Positions 8,770 to 19,519 are shown, counted from the first letter of the stretch. The stretch is 64,000 nucleotides of DNA from an uncultured Pelagibacteraceae bacterium (GCA_902532225.1 CACAHI010000002.1:569-64568); one strand, 5' to 3'. Made by a program: numbers and translations. Notes: generated by a model not told the origin, from the sequence alone.

Positions 8770-10551
8770 TTAAATATGATTTTTTTGAGATTTCATATCC
8801 TCTTTTTTTATACCTGCTACTTTTACAGGTTTTTTCATTGCATCTCTTCTAAAAGGTTCTCCAAGTTCTTGATTTAATATTACCTCAATGAATGTTGTAA
8901 TTCCTTTATTTTGATCTTCGCATGACTGCTTAATTGCTTTTGTCGTTTCTTCCATTGTTTTTACCGTTACTCCTTTTAAACCACATGCATTAGCAACTTT
9001 TGCATAACTTAGTTCTGGATCAAGTTCAGTTCCTATAAAATTATCATCAAACCAAAGTATCGAATTTCTTTTTTCAGCTCCCCATTGGTAATTTCTAAAA
9101 ATTACCATTGTTATCGCTGGCCATTCTTTTCTTGCACATGAGCTCATTTCATTCATACTGATGCCGAATGCTCCGTCTCCAGCAAAACCTATAACTGGTG
9201 TTTTTGGACAACCAATCTTAGCTCCTAAAATTGATGGAAACCCATAACCACATGGACCAAATAAACCTGGTGCTAAATATTTTCTTCCTTTTTCAAAAGT
9301 TGGATAAGCATTTCCAATAGCACAATTATTTCCTATGTCACTTGATATGATCGCATCATCAGGCATTGCAGTTTGAATTGCTCTCCAAGCTTGACGTGGT
9401 GACATTCTATCTTTATCTCTTTCTCTAGCTTCTTTATTCCATACTGTGCCCGGGTCATCATCTTCATGATCTAGGCCACTTAACGTTTGTAGCCATGCTG
9501 ATTTAGTTTGATGAATTAAATTTTTTCTATCTTCTCTTCCATTGTTTCCAGCTTTTTCAGATAATTTTGATAATAATTGTTGAGATACCATTTTTGCATC
9601 TCCGCATATACCAACTGTCACTTTTTTAGTTAAGCCTATCCTATCTGGATTCATATCTACTTGAATAATAGAAGCTTCCTTGGGCCAATAGTCAATTCCA
9701 TAACCTGGAAGAGTTGAAAAAGGATTAAGTCTAGTTCCTAAAGCAAGAATAACATCTGCTTTTGAAATTAACTGCATAGCAGCTTTTGATCCGTTATAAC
9801 CTAATGGTCCAACAGCTAAAGGGTGGCTTCCCGGAAAACTATCATTATGTTGATAACCACTACAAACAGGAGCATCTATCTTTTCAGCAATCTTTTTACA
9901 ATCTTCAATCGCATCTCCTATTACAACTCCCGCTCCAGATAGTATTACTGGAAATTTCGCATCAGACAATAATTTAGCAGCTCTTTCGATTGCATCTTTT
10001 CCTCCACCTTGTCTTTCAAATCTAACTATTGGAGGTAGTTCAACATCAACAACTTGGGTCCAATAATCCCTAGGAACATTAATTTGTGCTGGAGCTGAAC
10101 CTCTAAAAGCTTTTTCAATAACTCTATTTAATACTTCAGCCATTCTTGAAGGATCTCTAACTTCTTCTTGATAACAAACCATATCTTTAAATAAATTCAT
10201 TTGTTCAACTTCTTGAAAACCACCTTGTCCCATAGTTTTATTCGCAGCTTGTGGAGTGACCAACAATAAAGGTGTGTGATTCCAATAAGCAGTTTTAATC
10301 GGTGTTACAAGTCCAGTTATGCCTGGACCATTTTGAGCAATGACCATTGACATTTTTCCTGTAGCCCTTGTGTAACCATCTGCTATTAATCCGCCATTTG
10401 TTTCATGAGCAACATCCCAAAATGTAATTCCTGCTTTAGGAAATAAATCTGATATTGGCATAAATGCTGAACCAATAATTCCAAAAGCATGTTCTATTCC
10501 ATGCATTTGAAGAACCTTGATAAAAGCTTCTTCTGTGGTCATTTTAGTCAT
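8770..10551 (-). CDS. xsc: Sulfoacetaldehyde acetyltransferase
   Basis: MTTEEAFIKVLQMHGIEHAFGIIGSA N-terminus, GDGAFG TPP motif, NYQWGAEKRN, ELGEPFRRDAM. Confidence 0.95.
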   Translation of the reverse strand: MTKMTTEEAFIKVLQMHGIEHAFGIIGSAFMPISDLFPKAGITFWDVAHETNGGLIADGYTRATGKMSMVIAQNGPGITGLVTPIKTAYWNHTPLLLVTPQAANKTMGQGGFQEVEQMNLFKDMVCYQEEVRDPSRMAEVLNRVIEKAFRGSAPAQINVPRDYWTQVVDVELPPIVRFERQGGGKDAIERAAKLLSDAKFPVILSGAGVVIGDAIEDCKKIAEKIDAPVCSGYQHNDSFPGSHPLAVGPLGYNGSKAAMQLISKADVILALGTRLNPFSTLPGYGIDYWPKEASIIQVDMNPDRIGLTKKVTVGICGDAKMVSQQLLSKLSEKAGNNGREDRKNLIHQTKSAWLQTLSGLDHEDDDPGTVWNKEARERDKDRMSPRQAWRAIQTAMPDDAIISSDIGNNCAIGNAYPTFEKGRKYLAPGLFGPCGYGFPSILGAKIGCPKTPVIGFAGDGAFGISMNEMSSCARKEWPAITMVIFRNYQWGAEKRNSILWFDDNFIGTELDPELSYAKVANACGLKGVTVKTMEETTKAIKQSCEDQNKGITTFIEVILNQELGEPFRRDAMKKPVKVAGIKKEDMKSQKNHI

Positions 10552-10641
10552 TATAAATTCTTTCTATATAATTTTTTATTTTATTAATGATCACGATTAA
10601 TATATAAAGTTTTACAAATTTCAAACAAAGAAATCGTCACA

Positions 10642-10929
10642 ATGGTAAGTACAGATATTATAATACATGATGAAAAAGACAACGTAGGAGTTGTTGTTAT
10701 TGAAAAAATAACTCAAAATCAGGATTGTAATTGTTGGATTATGGAAAATGATAAATCAGTAAAAATCCAGTCCAAAAATGATATCCAACTAGGTCATAAA
10801 ATTGCAATGGTTGATCTAAATGAAGGTGACACAATATTAAAATATGGTCATGATATTGGTAAAGTAGTAAAATCAATTAAAAAAGGTGAGCATGTACATG
10901 TTCATAATGTAAAAACAAAGAAATGGTAA
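10642..10929 (+). CDS. suyA: Sulfolactate sulfo-lyase alpha subunit (SAF domain, UxaA N-terminal-like)
   Basis: DNVGV, GHKIA, KYG and GEHVHVHN motifs; divergent from xsc and adjacent to the beta subunit. Confidence 0.8.
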   Translation: MVSTDIIIHDEKDNVGVVVIEKITQNQDCNCWIMENDKSVKIQSKNDIQLGHKIAMVDLNEGDTILKYGHDIGKVVKSIKKGEHVHVHNVKTKKW

Positions 10930-10930
10930 A

Positions 10931-12097
10931 ATGGAAATTCCGAAAAGTTTTTTAGGTTATAAAAGAGAAAATGGTAGAGCTGGTACAAGAAACCATGTGA
11001 TAATTTTACCTGTCGATGATATTTCAAATGCATGTGCTGAAGCAGTTGCGAATAATATTAAAGGCACAATTGCATTACCTCATTCTTATGGAAGATTGCA
11101 ATTTGGAGCAGATTTAGAGTTACATTTTAGAACTATGATTGGCACGGGAAAAAATCCTAATGTGGCAGCTGTTATAGTAATTGGAATTGAACCAAAATGG
11201 ACAAAAAGAATTGTAGATGCAATTGCAAAAACTGGAAAACCGGTTGAAGGATTTAGCATTGAAGGTGTAGGAGATATTGACACAATAGCAAAAGTTTCAA
11301 AAAAAGCCCAAGAGTTTTCAATGTGGGCTTCAGAAAAACAAAGAGAAGAATGCCCAATTAGTGATTTGTGGATTTCAGTAAAATGTGGCGAGTCGGACAC
11401 AACTTCAGGACTTGCGTCGAACCCAACTGTTGGAAATCTAATGGATAAACTTGAACCACTCGGTGTTCATTTATGTTTTGGAGAAACATCAGAACTTACA
11501 GGTGCGGAAACAGTATGTGCTAAGAGAGGAAAAACCCCTGAAGCTAAAGAAAAATTTATGAAAACTTGGAATGCATATAATGATTTTATTTTAAAAGAAG
11601 CGACAGATGATCTTTCCGAAAGCCAACCAACAGCTGGGAATATTGCTGGTGGATTAACTACTATTGAAGAAAAAGCATTTGGAAATTTTCAAAAAATTGG
11701 ATCAAGACAATTTATTGACGTTTTAGAACCAGCTGAAGAACCAACAAAAGGTAAAGGTTTATATTTTATGGACACCTCATCAGCTGCTGCTGAATGCGTA
11801 ACATTACAAGCTGCTGGCGGATTTAATATTCATTTATTCCCAACAGGCCAAGGAAATATTATTGGAAATCCAATCGAGCCTGTAATTAAACTTACTGCTA
11901 ACCCACTTACTGTTAAGACAATGAGTGAACATATTGATGTTGATGTATCTAAAATTCTATCTCGTCAAATGAATTTAGATCAAGCTGGAGATGAATTAAT
12001 CAAAGCAACTTTAAGAGTTGCAAACGGTAGATTAACATGTGCTGAAGCTTTAGGTCATAAAGAGTTCGTTATGACGAAATTATACAGAAGTGCTTGA
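10931..12097 (+). CDS. suyB: Sulfolactate sulfo-lyase beta subunit (UxaA family)
   Basis: [25 protein letters not shown] and [14 protein letters not shown] motifs; sulfonate gene context. Confidence 0.85.
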   Translation: MEIPKSFLGYKRENGRAGTRNHVIILPVDDISNACAEAVANNIKGTIALPHSYGRLQFGADLELHFRTMIGTGKNPNVAAVIVIGIEPKWTKRIVDAIAKTGKPVEGFSIEGVGDIDTIAKVSKKAQEFSMWASEKQREECPISDLWISVKCGESDTTSGLASNPTVGNLMDKLEPLGVHLCFGETSELTGAETVCAKRGKTPEAKEKFMKTWNAYNDFILKEATDDLSESQPTAGNIAGGLTTIEEKAFGNFQKIGSRQFIDVLEPAEEPTKGKGLYFMDTSSAAAECVTLQAAGGFNIHLFPTGQGNIIGNPIEPVIKLTANPLTVKTMSEHIDVDVSKILSRQMNLDQAGDELIKATLRVANGRLTCAEALGHKEFVMTKLYRSA

Positions 12098-12111
12098 TTA
12101 AAATAAATTAT

Positions 12112-13197
12112 TTATTTTTTAATTACTTGAATATTTTTTCTTAAATCAGAAATAATTTTTCTAACTATTGCAGCACCTACTCCAAGTATAAGTGCCAACG
12201 AAATAGAAAAAATACCATAAAGAATTGGAGCATTAATTGAAATGTTTTTAATAAATTTTGCAAATGGGCTTAATAATTTACTTCCATTGCTTTCACTTAT
12301 TACTTTAACTGATTTTTCTGCAAAGAAAGCATCATAGGCTATTGCAATACCAACTAATAATAATAAGACTGCCAAAATAGTTTTAAATTCAGAGCTATCA
12401 ACTTTTTCACCTAGCTTTTGTCCTATTTGAACACCTAAAATAGAACCTAAGATTAATATCATAACAAGCATAAGATCAATCGATCCATAATTAAAAGCAT
12501 GGAGGACCGTAACGATTGCACTAACAAAAATTGTTACAAATAATGAGGTTCCAGGAACTAATTTTGTAGGCATTCCAATTATGTAAATCATAGCAGGTAC
12601 TAAAATAAATGCTCCCCCAACACCCATGATTGCGGCGATGAATCCAACAACAAGTCCAATTATAATTGGAGTAAAAGCACTTTCGTATAACTTAGATTTT
12701 TTAAATCTCATTCTAAATGGCAAGCCATGTATCCAATAATGTGAGTGAAGCTTTTTTCTTATAACAACTTTTTTTCTAGCTCTATCAATCTCACTAACAC
12801 CTTGAACAAGCATAATTGTTCCAATTATTGCTAAAATATACATGTAGGATAAGGAAATAACGATATTAATTTTTCCTATATCTTTAAAATAAGAAAATGT
12901 AATAATTCCTAAAATTGTTCCTGCGGCACCGCCAACAACAATCATTAAGCCCATTTTATAATCTAAGGTTCCTTTTAAATAGTGTGTTGTTGATCCTGAT
13001 ATGGATGTTCCTAAAATATTATTTGCTTCATTAGGTACTGCATATGCGGGAGGTATACCTAAGAAAATTAAAAAAGGTGTCATTAAAAAACCACCACCTA
13101 CACCAAATAAACCTGAAAGAATTCCAACTACTAAACTTAAAATAAATATTAACGGAAGGTTTACATAAACTTCTGCTATTGGAAGAAAATACTCCAT
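12112..13197 (-). CDS. TauE/SafE-family sulfite exporter
   Basis: Duplicated GxxSGLFGVGGGF / GFIAAIMGVGGAF motifs; multiple TM helices. Confidence 0.85.
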   Translation of the reverse strand: MEYFLPIAEVYVNLPLIFILSLVVGILSGLFGVGGGFLMTPFLIFLGIPPAYAVPNEANNILGTSISGSTTHYLKGTLDYKMGLMIVVGGAAGTILGIITFSYFKDIGKINIVISLSYMYILAIIGTIMLVQGVSEIDRARKKVVIRKKLHSHYWIHGLPFRMRFKKSKLYESAFTPIIIGLVVGFIAAIMGVGGAFILVPAMIYIIGMPTKLVPGTSLFVTIFVSAIVTVLHAFNYGSIDLMLVMILILGSILGVQIGQKLGEKVDSSEFKTILAVLLLLVGIAIAYDAFFAEKSVKVISESNGSKLLSPFAKFIKNISINAPILYGIFSISLALILGVGAAIVRKIISDLRKNIQVIKK

Positions 13198-13240
13198 ATA
13201 AACTAATTATTCTTCTAGAATATTAATGTCAACTAATTGA

Positions 13241-13387
13241 TTAAATATTAAAAAAAGTTCCAAAAAGAATTAGTCCCCAGTATGCCGCTAGTCCAAAATA
13301 AAGTGCTGATTTTGCATTAATAAATGATTGAATATTTGAAAGTTGCTTAACATAAGATTTGAGATTTTTATTAAAATTGTTAAGCAT
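13241..13387 (-). CDS. Putative 48-aa protein with C-terminal TM helix (not in ORF track)
   Basis: Manual translation MLNNFNKNLKSYVKQLSNIQSFINAKSALYFGLAAYWGLILFGTFFNI; co-oriented with the apr and TauE genes. Confidence 0.45.
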   Translation of the reverse strand: MLNNFNKNLKSYVKQLSNIQSFINAKSALYFGLAAYWGLILFGTFFNI

Positions 13388-13440
13388 AGTCAGGAATTAC
13401 ACCTGGTTTTAAAATTTTGCAAGTAGATTTTTAAAAATAT

Positions 13441-13791
13441 TTAAAAAATTGTTGCTCCAAAAACTTTAATCTGATCACCCTCATCACCTAGTACAAGTCG
13501 ACCTAAAAATTCCCCAGGTATCTTGGTGCTAGTCTGTTTATATAGTATCGTGACATACAAACCTCTTCTAATGCAGCCAAACGCCTTACAGCCTTCTGAC
13601 AATGTCGATATAAGTTCATTGTTAGCCCATTGCTTGCCGAGCTCGACTTCATTAGCTCCATAAAGCATCTGTGATGAGAGGTCTTTAGTAAAACTACCAT
13701 AGTCTTTTATATTTGATGATCTTACTAAATTAGCCCAAATTGGTTCAGCAACTTTGAATATTTCTTCGTCAGACTTATCGATAATGCTCAT
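13441..13791 (-). CDS. Hypothetical protein downstream of aprA
   Basis: 116-aa ORF with ATG start 17 nt after the aprA stop; no recognised family. Confidence 0.7.
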   Translation of the reverse strand: MSIIDKSDEEIFKVAEPIWANLVRSSNIKDYGSFTKDLSSQMLYGANEVELGKQWANNELISTLSEGCKAFGCIRRGLYVTILYKQTSTKIPGEFLGRLVLGDEGDQIKVFGATIF

Positions 13792-13808
13792 TAGATTGAT
13801 ATAATATT

Positions 13809-15665
13809 TTAAGAAGCTTGTTTTTTCTCTTTTTCATCTACAATGTGATAAACAGGCACCTTTTCTAAAGTAAATTTGCCAGTTTTTGGATCTCTTCTTG
13901 ATACTGTTAAACAATGCCAATTTTCATCATCTAGTTTTAAATGATCTCCTCTATAATAGTAACCTGGCCAACGTGTTTCTTCACGAAACATCGTATGCTC
14001 AGTTACACATTGTGAAGTAAGAGCTCTATGTTTCAGCTCCCAAGCTCGCATTAGCTGGTGATAGTCTTCAGCACCAACATTTTCCAAATCTTCTTGTAGC
14101 CACTGAAGTAGCTCTAGCCCTCTTTTAAGCATATTAGCATTAGTCATGTAGTTAGTAGCTATACCGCCTACATATTCATCCATAATTCTTTGAAGTCTTT
14201 GAAGTCCTTGGATTGGAGAAATATAGCTTGGTGATACTGTTCCTCCAGTAATTTCATTTCTTCCAACAGTATAATTCTCTAATGGTTTATAGATAATCTC
14301 TTTAAAATTTTCACATTGAGTATCTGATACTTTAATGTCTTCAGCTTTTTTATCTTGTATGTATTTTGCTGCGGCTTTTGCAGCTAAACGTCCTTCTGTA
14401 AAAGAACCAGATGAAAATTTATGAGCACTGCCACCTACTGTATCTCCAGCTCCAAAAAGACCTTCTACAGTTAACATTCTATTATATCCCCAAAAATATT
14501 CTGGAGGTGAAAGATCTTCTGGGCCACTAACCCATGCACCTGAACAGGTAGCATGTGAACCCATAACATATGGTTCCGATGTAGTTAATTCAGGATTAGT
14601 ATATTTTGGATCAATATTTTGTGATGCCCATACAACTGCCTGTCCAACTGTCATCCCTAAGAAATTTTCCCAACCAACTGTTTCTAAATGTGGGTCTTGA
14701 AATGCTTCTGTAGTGACCATATGAATTGGTCCACCTCCAGCCATTGTTTCTTGAATAAAAGCATGATTACGTAAACAAGTCGGTGTTGGATGATGATCTA
14801 TGTATTCACCAACCATTTCTTTAGTATGCTCATACCATTTTTTTTCATAATTCTCTCCATTGGCATTTTGAGTATAAGTTTTTAAATGTAAAAAATATGC
14901 GCCTACAGGCCCGTACCCATCTTTGAATCTACATAAAACAATTCTATTTTCCATTTGGGTCATTTTAGCTCCGACTGCGATTGGTAATGCATAAGCAGAA
15001 CCGTTACTCCAAGGTGCATACCAAGTTCTGCCCATCCCTTCACCAACAGCTCTTGGTTTAAATATATGTGATGCCCCACCTGCTGCTACTATTACTGTTT
15101 TTGCTCTAAAGACATAATAGTCTCCAGTTCTCATATTAAATCCTACTGCTCCACCTACTCTATTCTCTTTTGTTTCGTCCATAAGAAGATGGGTAATCAT
15201 AATTCTATTATATATTTTATCAGCAGATTTTTTTGCTGCTTCAGCAACAATTGGTTTATAACTTTCTCCATGTATCATTATCTGCCACTTACCTTCTCTT
15301 AAATAACGTCCAGTTTTTTCATTTTTCATCATAGGCAAACCCCATTCATCAAACATATGAACTGTTGAGTCTACGTGACGAGCCATGTCATAACCTAAAT
15401 CTTCTCTAACCATGCCCATTAAATCATTCCGTGCGTACCTGACGTGATCTTCGGGTTGATTTTCATCCCACTGCATTCCCATATAACAGTTGATTGCATA
15501 TAGACCTTGAGCAACTGCACCACTTCTATCTATGTTTGCTTTTTCAACACAAATAATTTTTAGATCTCTTCCCCAATGTCTCGCTTCAAAAGCAGCACCA
15601 GTTCCAGCCATTCCTCCGCCGACAACTAGAACATCGCAATCTTCAAAAATAGTTTTTTTAGCCAT
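13809..15665 (-). CDS. aprA: Adenylylsulfate reductase alpha subunit
   Basis: RSGAVAQGL, ARNDLMG, GKWQIMIHGESYK, RFKDGYGPVGA, HKFSSGS and REETRWPG motifs. Confidence 0.97.
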   Translation of the reverse strand: MAKKTIFEDCDVLVVGGGMAGTGAAFEARHWGRDLKIICVEKANIDRSGAVAQGLYAINCYMGMQWDENQPEDHVRYARNDLMGMVREDLGYDMARHVDSTVHMFDEWGLPMMKNEKTGRYLREGKWQIMIHGESYKPIVAEAAKKSADKIYNRIMITHLLMDETKENRVGGAVGFNMRTGDYYVFRAKTVIVAAGGASHIFKPRAVGEGMGRTWYAPWSNGSAYALPIAVGAKMTQMENRIVLCRFKDGYGPVGAYFLHLKTYTQNANGENYEKKWYEHTKEMVGEYIDHHPTPTCLRNHAFIQETMAGGGPIHMVTTEAFQDPHLETVGWENFLGMTVGQAVVWASQNIDPKYTNPELTTSEPYVMGSHATCSGAWVSGPEDLSPPEYFWGYNRMLTVEGLFGAGDTVGGSAHKFSSGSFTEGRLAAKAAAKYIQDKKAEDIKVSDTQCENFKEIIYKPLENYTVGRNEITGGTVSPSYISPIQGLQRLQRIMDEYVGGIATNYMTNANMLKRGLELLQWLQEDLENVGAEDYHQLMRAWELKHRALTSQCVTEHTMFREETRWPGYYYRGDHLKLDDENWHCLTVSRRDPKTGKFTLEKVPVYHIVDEKEKKQAS

Positions 15666-16135
15666 TAATAATAAACACCTTTTTTAAAAGCACTTTTTTC
15701 TACTTTAGGTAATTCTTTTTTCGTATTTAAACCTTCTGGTTCTGAATAAAGAATTTGTGAATTAATTTCCCCTTGGTTTGGTTTGTCACCTTCCGCAAGT
15801 TTTGGAATAAATTTTCCCCAAGGTTTTGTGGTAATTGGAGAAACAAAATCTTTTACTGTTCCGTTCCTAAATTTAATTTTCCAAGATATTGTTCCCTTTT
15901 CTTCTTCTCTTCTAACTCTTACACTGTGTCCCATAGGAGCAAAATCAGCGTAACCACGAACATCAATAGCATGATTAGGACATGCTTTAACACATGAATA
16001 ACATTCCCAACAAAAATTAGGTTCTATATTTTTTGCACGTCTAATAGTTTCATCTATATGCATAATATCTGATGGACAAATATCTACGCAATGACCGCAA
16101 CCATCACAACGTGTCATGTATACAAAAGTTGACAT
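15665..16135 (-). CDS. aprB: Adenylylsulfate reductase beta subunit
   Basis: CDGCGHCVDICPSD and CWECYSCVKACP 4Fe-4S motifs; VRGYADF. Confidence 0.97.
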   Translation of the reverse strand: MSTFVYMTRCDGCGHCVDICPSDIMHIDETIRRAKNIEPNFCWECYSCVKACPNHAIDVRGYADFAPMGHSVRVRREEEKGTISWKIKFRNGTVKDFVSPITTKPWGKFIPKLAEGDKPNQGEINSQILYSEPEGLNTKKELPKVEKSAFKKGVYY

Positions 16136-16164
16136 AATTTTATTTTTTTCCTTTCATTGTCATA

Positions 16165-16965
16165 TTAATAATGTTTTGGATCTTCTCTTGTTATACCTAA
16201 TCCAAATTGTTTTGGGGCATCAGATTCAGGTGGCAAATTGTCTCTAGATCCGTCTGCTTCTGCTAAATTTTTTTGTATTGCTGCACCAGGTTTGTAAAAC
16301 ATATGTGCAAACTTTGACCAATATACTCCGCCAAAGAGAACTAAATTTGATATAATAAATAAAACTAAAAATACTTTATCATCCCATCTGTTATTTAAAT
16401 TTAATGATTGTAGGTATGACCAAATTAAACCAAACAACGAAGAGGCAACAAGAGCAAGAACAAACAAGTCAGCTTTAATAATTCTATACCAGGGTTGTGC
16501 TTCAGAATAAACATCCACTCTTAAGAAAAACCAAAACCATCCTCCACCTACAACTGTCATAATTGCACCTACATGCCAAATCATTGGCCAAATTGATGGA
16601 GTAGTAGTTGATGGACTTGAATAACAAAATATCATGATAACTGAGCCTAACCAAAATAAAATTGTTCCATACATTCCTAGTAGATGAGCTGCTCTTCTTT
16701 TTCCAGCTCCAAGTTCAGAAGTTGTCGCTATATCGCTTACAATGGTTTTTGAAATTACATTTATTTTTTCACCTGTACTTAAAGTTTTTGTGGCAGACAG
16801 TTTAGCTTTTTTTGCATTTTCAAAAAAATATTTTACGTTTTTTTTATGGATAATATCTAAAAGAGTACCTGCAACTACCATAATGCCCATTAAAATAACA
16901 AATGATTGCATAAATACAGGGGATACGGTTTCAGCTAAAATTGAAAATGGATTTAATGATAACAT
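16165..16965 (-). CDS. aprM: APS reductase membrane anchor
   Basis: Multi-TM protein, WSKFAHMFYKP motif, directly upstream of aprB. Confidence 0.9.
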   Translation of the reverse strand: MLSLNPFSILAETVSPVFMQSFVILMGIMVVAGTLLDIIHKKNVKYFFENAKKAKLSATKTLSTGEKINVISKTIVSDIATTSELGAGKRRAAHLLGMYGTILFWLGSVIMIFCYSSPSTTTPSIWPMIWHVGAIMTVVGGGWFWFFLRVDVYSEAQPWYRIIKADLFVLALVASSLFGLIWSYLQSLNLNNRWDDKVFLVLFIISNLVLFGGVYWSKFAHMFYKPGAAIQKNLAEADGSRDNLPPESDAPKQFGLGITREDPKHY

Positions 16966-17014
16966 AATACTTTTTCCCTGTGAGGAAAGTTTTTAGTACA
17001 GTTGTCTATAGAGA

Positions 17015-17788
17015 TCAACCGTTATATGGAGGACAGTTCGTAACGGCTTTTGAGTAGATTTTAGATAAAATTCTATAATTATTTAAACTTTTTCTTTTCC
17101 AGTGTGGTTTTTTAATAGAATTGACTGAAGCTACCCCTTTACCTGAACCAATAACAATAATTTCATCATACTCACTAAGAGAATCAATACTTATATTTTT
17201 CCTTTTTATTTTTTTTAATTTTTTTGAAAAAAACTTGAAAGTAGTGCCTTTATAAAAACCATTAACAGGGGAATATATTTTATTTTTTTTAAAAAACAAT
17301 AGATTAGAGGTTCCGGTTTCCAATATATTATTATCCTTAAATAATGCTATATCTGATTTCGTTGTGTCCATTTTTTTTAAATAGGTTAAAATTTTTTTGT
17401 ATTTTAAATTTTTATATTCCGGATCAAATCTTTTATGATTAATTAATCTAAGACTAAAATTTAACTTTGATTTTAATCTTTTTCTCAATGAAATTGATAT
17501 CATTTTATTATTTGCTGCTACTCTGAATAAATGATCATATTTTTTTCTATTACTAATATTTATTTTAATTAATTTAAGAATATTTTTTTTAATACTTTTT
17601 TTTTTAATTTTATAAACCTTCAAAGATTTAAATAAATTATTAATATGACTTTTGAAAAATAGAATCCTTGCTGGTTTTCCTAATACTCTCATTGTAGTAA
17701 AAACCCCATAGGAGTTCCATAGATCGTGAAATTTTATTTCTTTAAGATCTTTATGCCGATAAGATTTTTTTAATAATAATGTTGCCAT
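17015..17788 (-). CDS. pabC: Class IV aminotransferase / 4-amino-4-deoxychorismate lyase-like
   Basis: GVFTTMR, ILETGTSNL and GTT motifs; last gene of the pab cluster. Confidence 0.7.
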   Translation of the reverse strand: MATLLLKKSYRHKDLKEIKFHDLWNSYGVFTTMRVLGKPARILFFKSHINNLFKSLKVYKIKKKSIKKNILKLIKINISNRKKYDHLFRVAANNKMISISLRKRLKSKLNFSLRLINHKRFDPEYKNLKYKKILTYLKKMDTTKSDIALFKDNNILETGTSNLLFFKKNKIYSPVNGFYKGTTFKFFSKKLKKIKRKNISIDSLSEYDEIIVIGSGKGVASVNSIKKPHWKRKSLNNYRILSKIYSKAVTNCPPYNG

Positions 17789-18308
17789 TTTCTGTTAAAA
17801 AAGATTCTGGGTGAAATTGAAAACCATATACACTATTTTTTTGATCTTCAATAGCCATTGGAATATATGTTTTTGAACATCTCATTGTTATTTTTAAATT
17901 ATTTGATTTATAAGGCTCGTATAATTTTAAAGAATGATATCTACCAACTTTAAATATTTTATTTTTTTTAAATAATTTACTTTCTTTCGTAACTCTCACT
18001 TTTGATTGATAACCATGAAAAATGTTTTTTTGCTGAACTATTTTGCCTTTCTCATTAAATAAAATTTGTTGATATCCTAAGCATATTCCAATTATTTTCT
18101 TTTTTCCTTTGTATTTTTTATAAATTTTTGAAGTTGTAGGATAATCCTTTGGTGCGCCAGGTCCTGGAGACAGAACAATTACATTTGATTGATCTAATTT
18201 TTTTTTATCAATATCAAAGAAATTAGAACAATAAACTTTATCAAATTTTGAAAATTGGTGAACAACATTCCAAGTAAAAGAGTCTTGATGGTCAATAATA
18301 TATATCAT
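17751..18308 (-). CDS. pabA: Aminodeoxychorismate synthase glutamine amidotransferase subunit
   Basis: DSFTWN, LSPGPG, GICLG, RYHSL and QFHPES motifs. Confidence 0.85.
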   Translation of the reverse strand: MIYIIDHQDSFTWNVVHQFSKFDKVYCSNFFDIDKKKLDQSNVIVLSPGPGAPKDYPTTSKIYKKYKGKKKIIGICLGYQQILFNEKGKIVQQKNIFHGYQSKVRVTKESKLFKKNKIFKVGRYHSLKLYEPYKSNNLKITMRCSKTYIPMAIEDQKNSVYGFQFHPESFLTENGNIIIKKILSA

Positions 18309-19519
18309 TTGTATAACTCCAATAAAGATTTTGCTTTAATAAAGTTTTCATTAAATTCTTTTTTTGGGGAGCTATCTAATACAACGCCAGAGGCAGCCGA
18401 TATTTCTGAGATATTTTTATAATTTAATATTGATCTTATTATTATATTAAATCTCATATCTTGATTGAATTTTATATAACCAAAACTTCCGGTAAATATG
18501 TTTCTATCTTCCGTTTCCTGTTTATTTAAAAGCTCCAAGGTTCTAATTTTTGGGCAGCCAATAACAGAACCTCCTGGCATCATAGATTTTATTATATTTT
18601 TAACTTTAGTTTTTTTTTTTAATAAACCTTGAATTGTAGTAACGTAATGGAAAAGGTGCTTGTATTCTTCAACGTACTTTTTTTTAGAGATTTTAACAGT
18701 TCCAGGTTTGCAAATTCTAGATAAATCATTTCTTTCCATATCCACAATCATATTGTGTTCTTTAGTTTCTTTGTCGTTATTTTTAAAAAAATTGAGCGCA
18801 TTAGCTTTATTAATTTTTTTGTTTTTTTTAAGAGTGCCAGCGATAGGTTTGGTAATTATAATATTTCCTTTTTTATTAATTAAGGTTTCTGGTGAACAAC
18901 TAACTATAGAAAAATCTTTATCTCTAATCATAAAAGACTCTGGGGATGAATTTATTTTCATTAATTTCCAAAAAAAATTTACTGGATCAATTTTGGATTT
19001 ATTTTTATATTTTGTACAAATTTTTATTTGGTAAGTTTCTCCTTGTTTTATTTTTTTCGAAAATAAGTTAAATATTTTCTTATATTTTTTATAATTTATA
19101 TTTATTTTAAAAGGACTTAAAATTTGGGTTTTATTAAAAATATTCCTAATAATTTTTTTCTTTTTTGATGTAATGATTTTTATATCTTTTCTAATCTTGA
19201 TTATTGTTTCTGGTTTGTAAAATATACCTCTGTAAAAATTTAATGTTTTTTGAGTTTTGATATTAATATTCAATAAATTGCAAAGTATTTCATATCCAAA
19301 AAAACCAATATATAAGTCGGTTTCTTTTTTATTTTTTTTTTTACTAAATATTTTAAAAAAATTATTTATATTTTTTTTTGTTAGTATGATTTTTCTAGAG
19401 AAATCTGTATACAAGTTATAACCATCTTTAACTTTATATATAATTAATGATTGATCTGAATTATATAATCTTTCCAGATACGGGTTGAACTTAGCTTTAT
19501 GCGAGTTGAGGTCTTTCAA
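18305..19519 (-). CDS. pabB: Aminodeoxychorismate synthase component I
   Basis: GETYQ, SPE, KPIAGT, EHNMIVDMERNDL and PGGSVIGCPK motifs; start codon uncertain (TTG). Confidence 0.85.
   Translation of the reverse strand: MKDLNSHKAKFNPYLERLYNSDQSLIIYKVKDGYNLYTDFSRKIILTKKNINNFFKIFSKKKNKKETDLYIGFFGYEILCNLLNINIKTQKTLNFYRGIFYKPETIIKIRKDIKIITSKKKKIIRNIFNKTQILSPFKININYKKYKKIFNLFSKKIKQGETYQIKICTKYKNKSKIDPVNFFWKLMKINSSPESFMIRDKDFSIVSCSPETLINKKGNIIITKPIAGTLKKNKKINKANALNFFKNNDKETKEHNMIVDMERNDLSRICKPGTVKISKKKYVEEYKHLFHYVTTIQGLLKKKTKVKNIIKSMMPGGSVIGCPKIRTLELLNKQETEDRNIFTGSFGYIKFNQDMRFNIIIRSILNYKNISEISAASGVVLDSSPKKEFNENFIKAKSLLELYK

Noticed and set aside
13809-16965. Dissimilatory sulfate reduction or lithotrophic sulfur oxidation
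   Set aside because: No sat, dsr, qmo or sox genes in the window; the aprM-type locus beside xsc and suyAB fits organosulfur-derived sulfite oxidation
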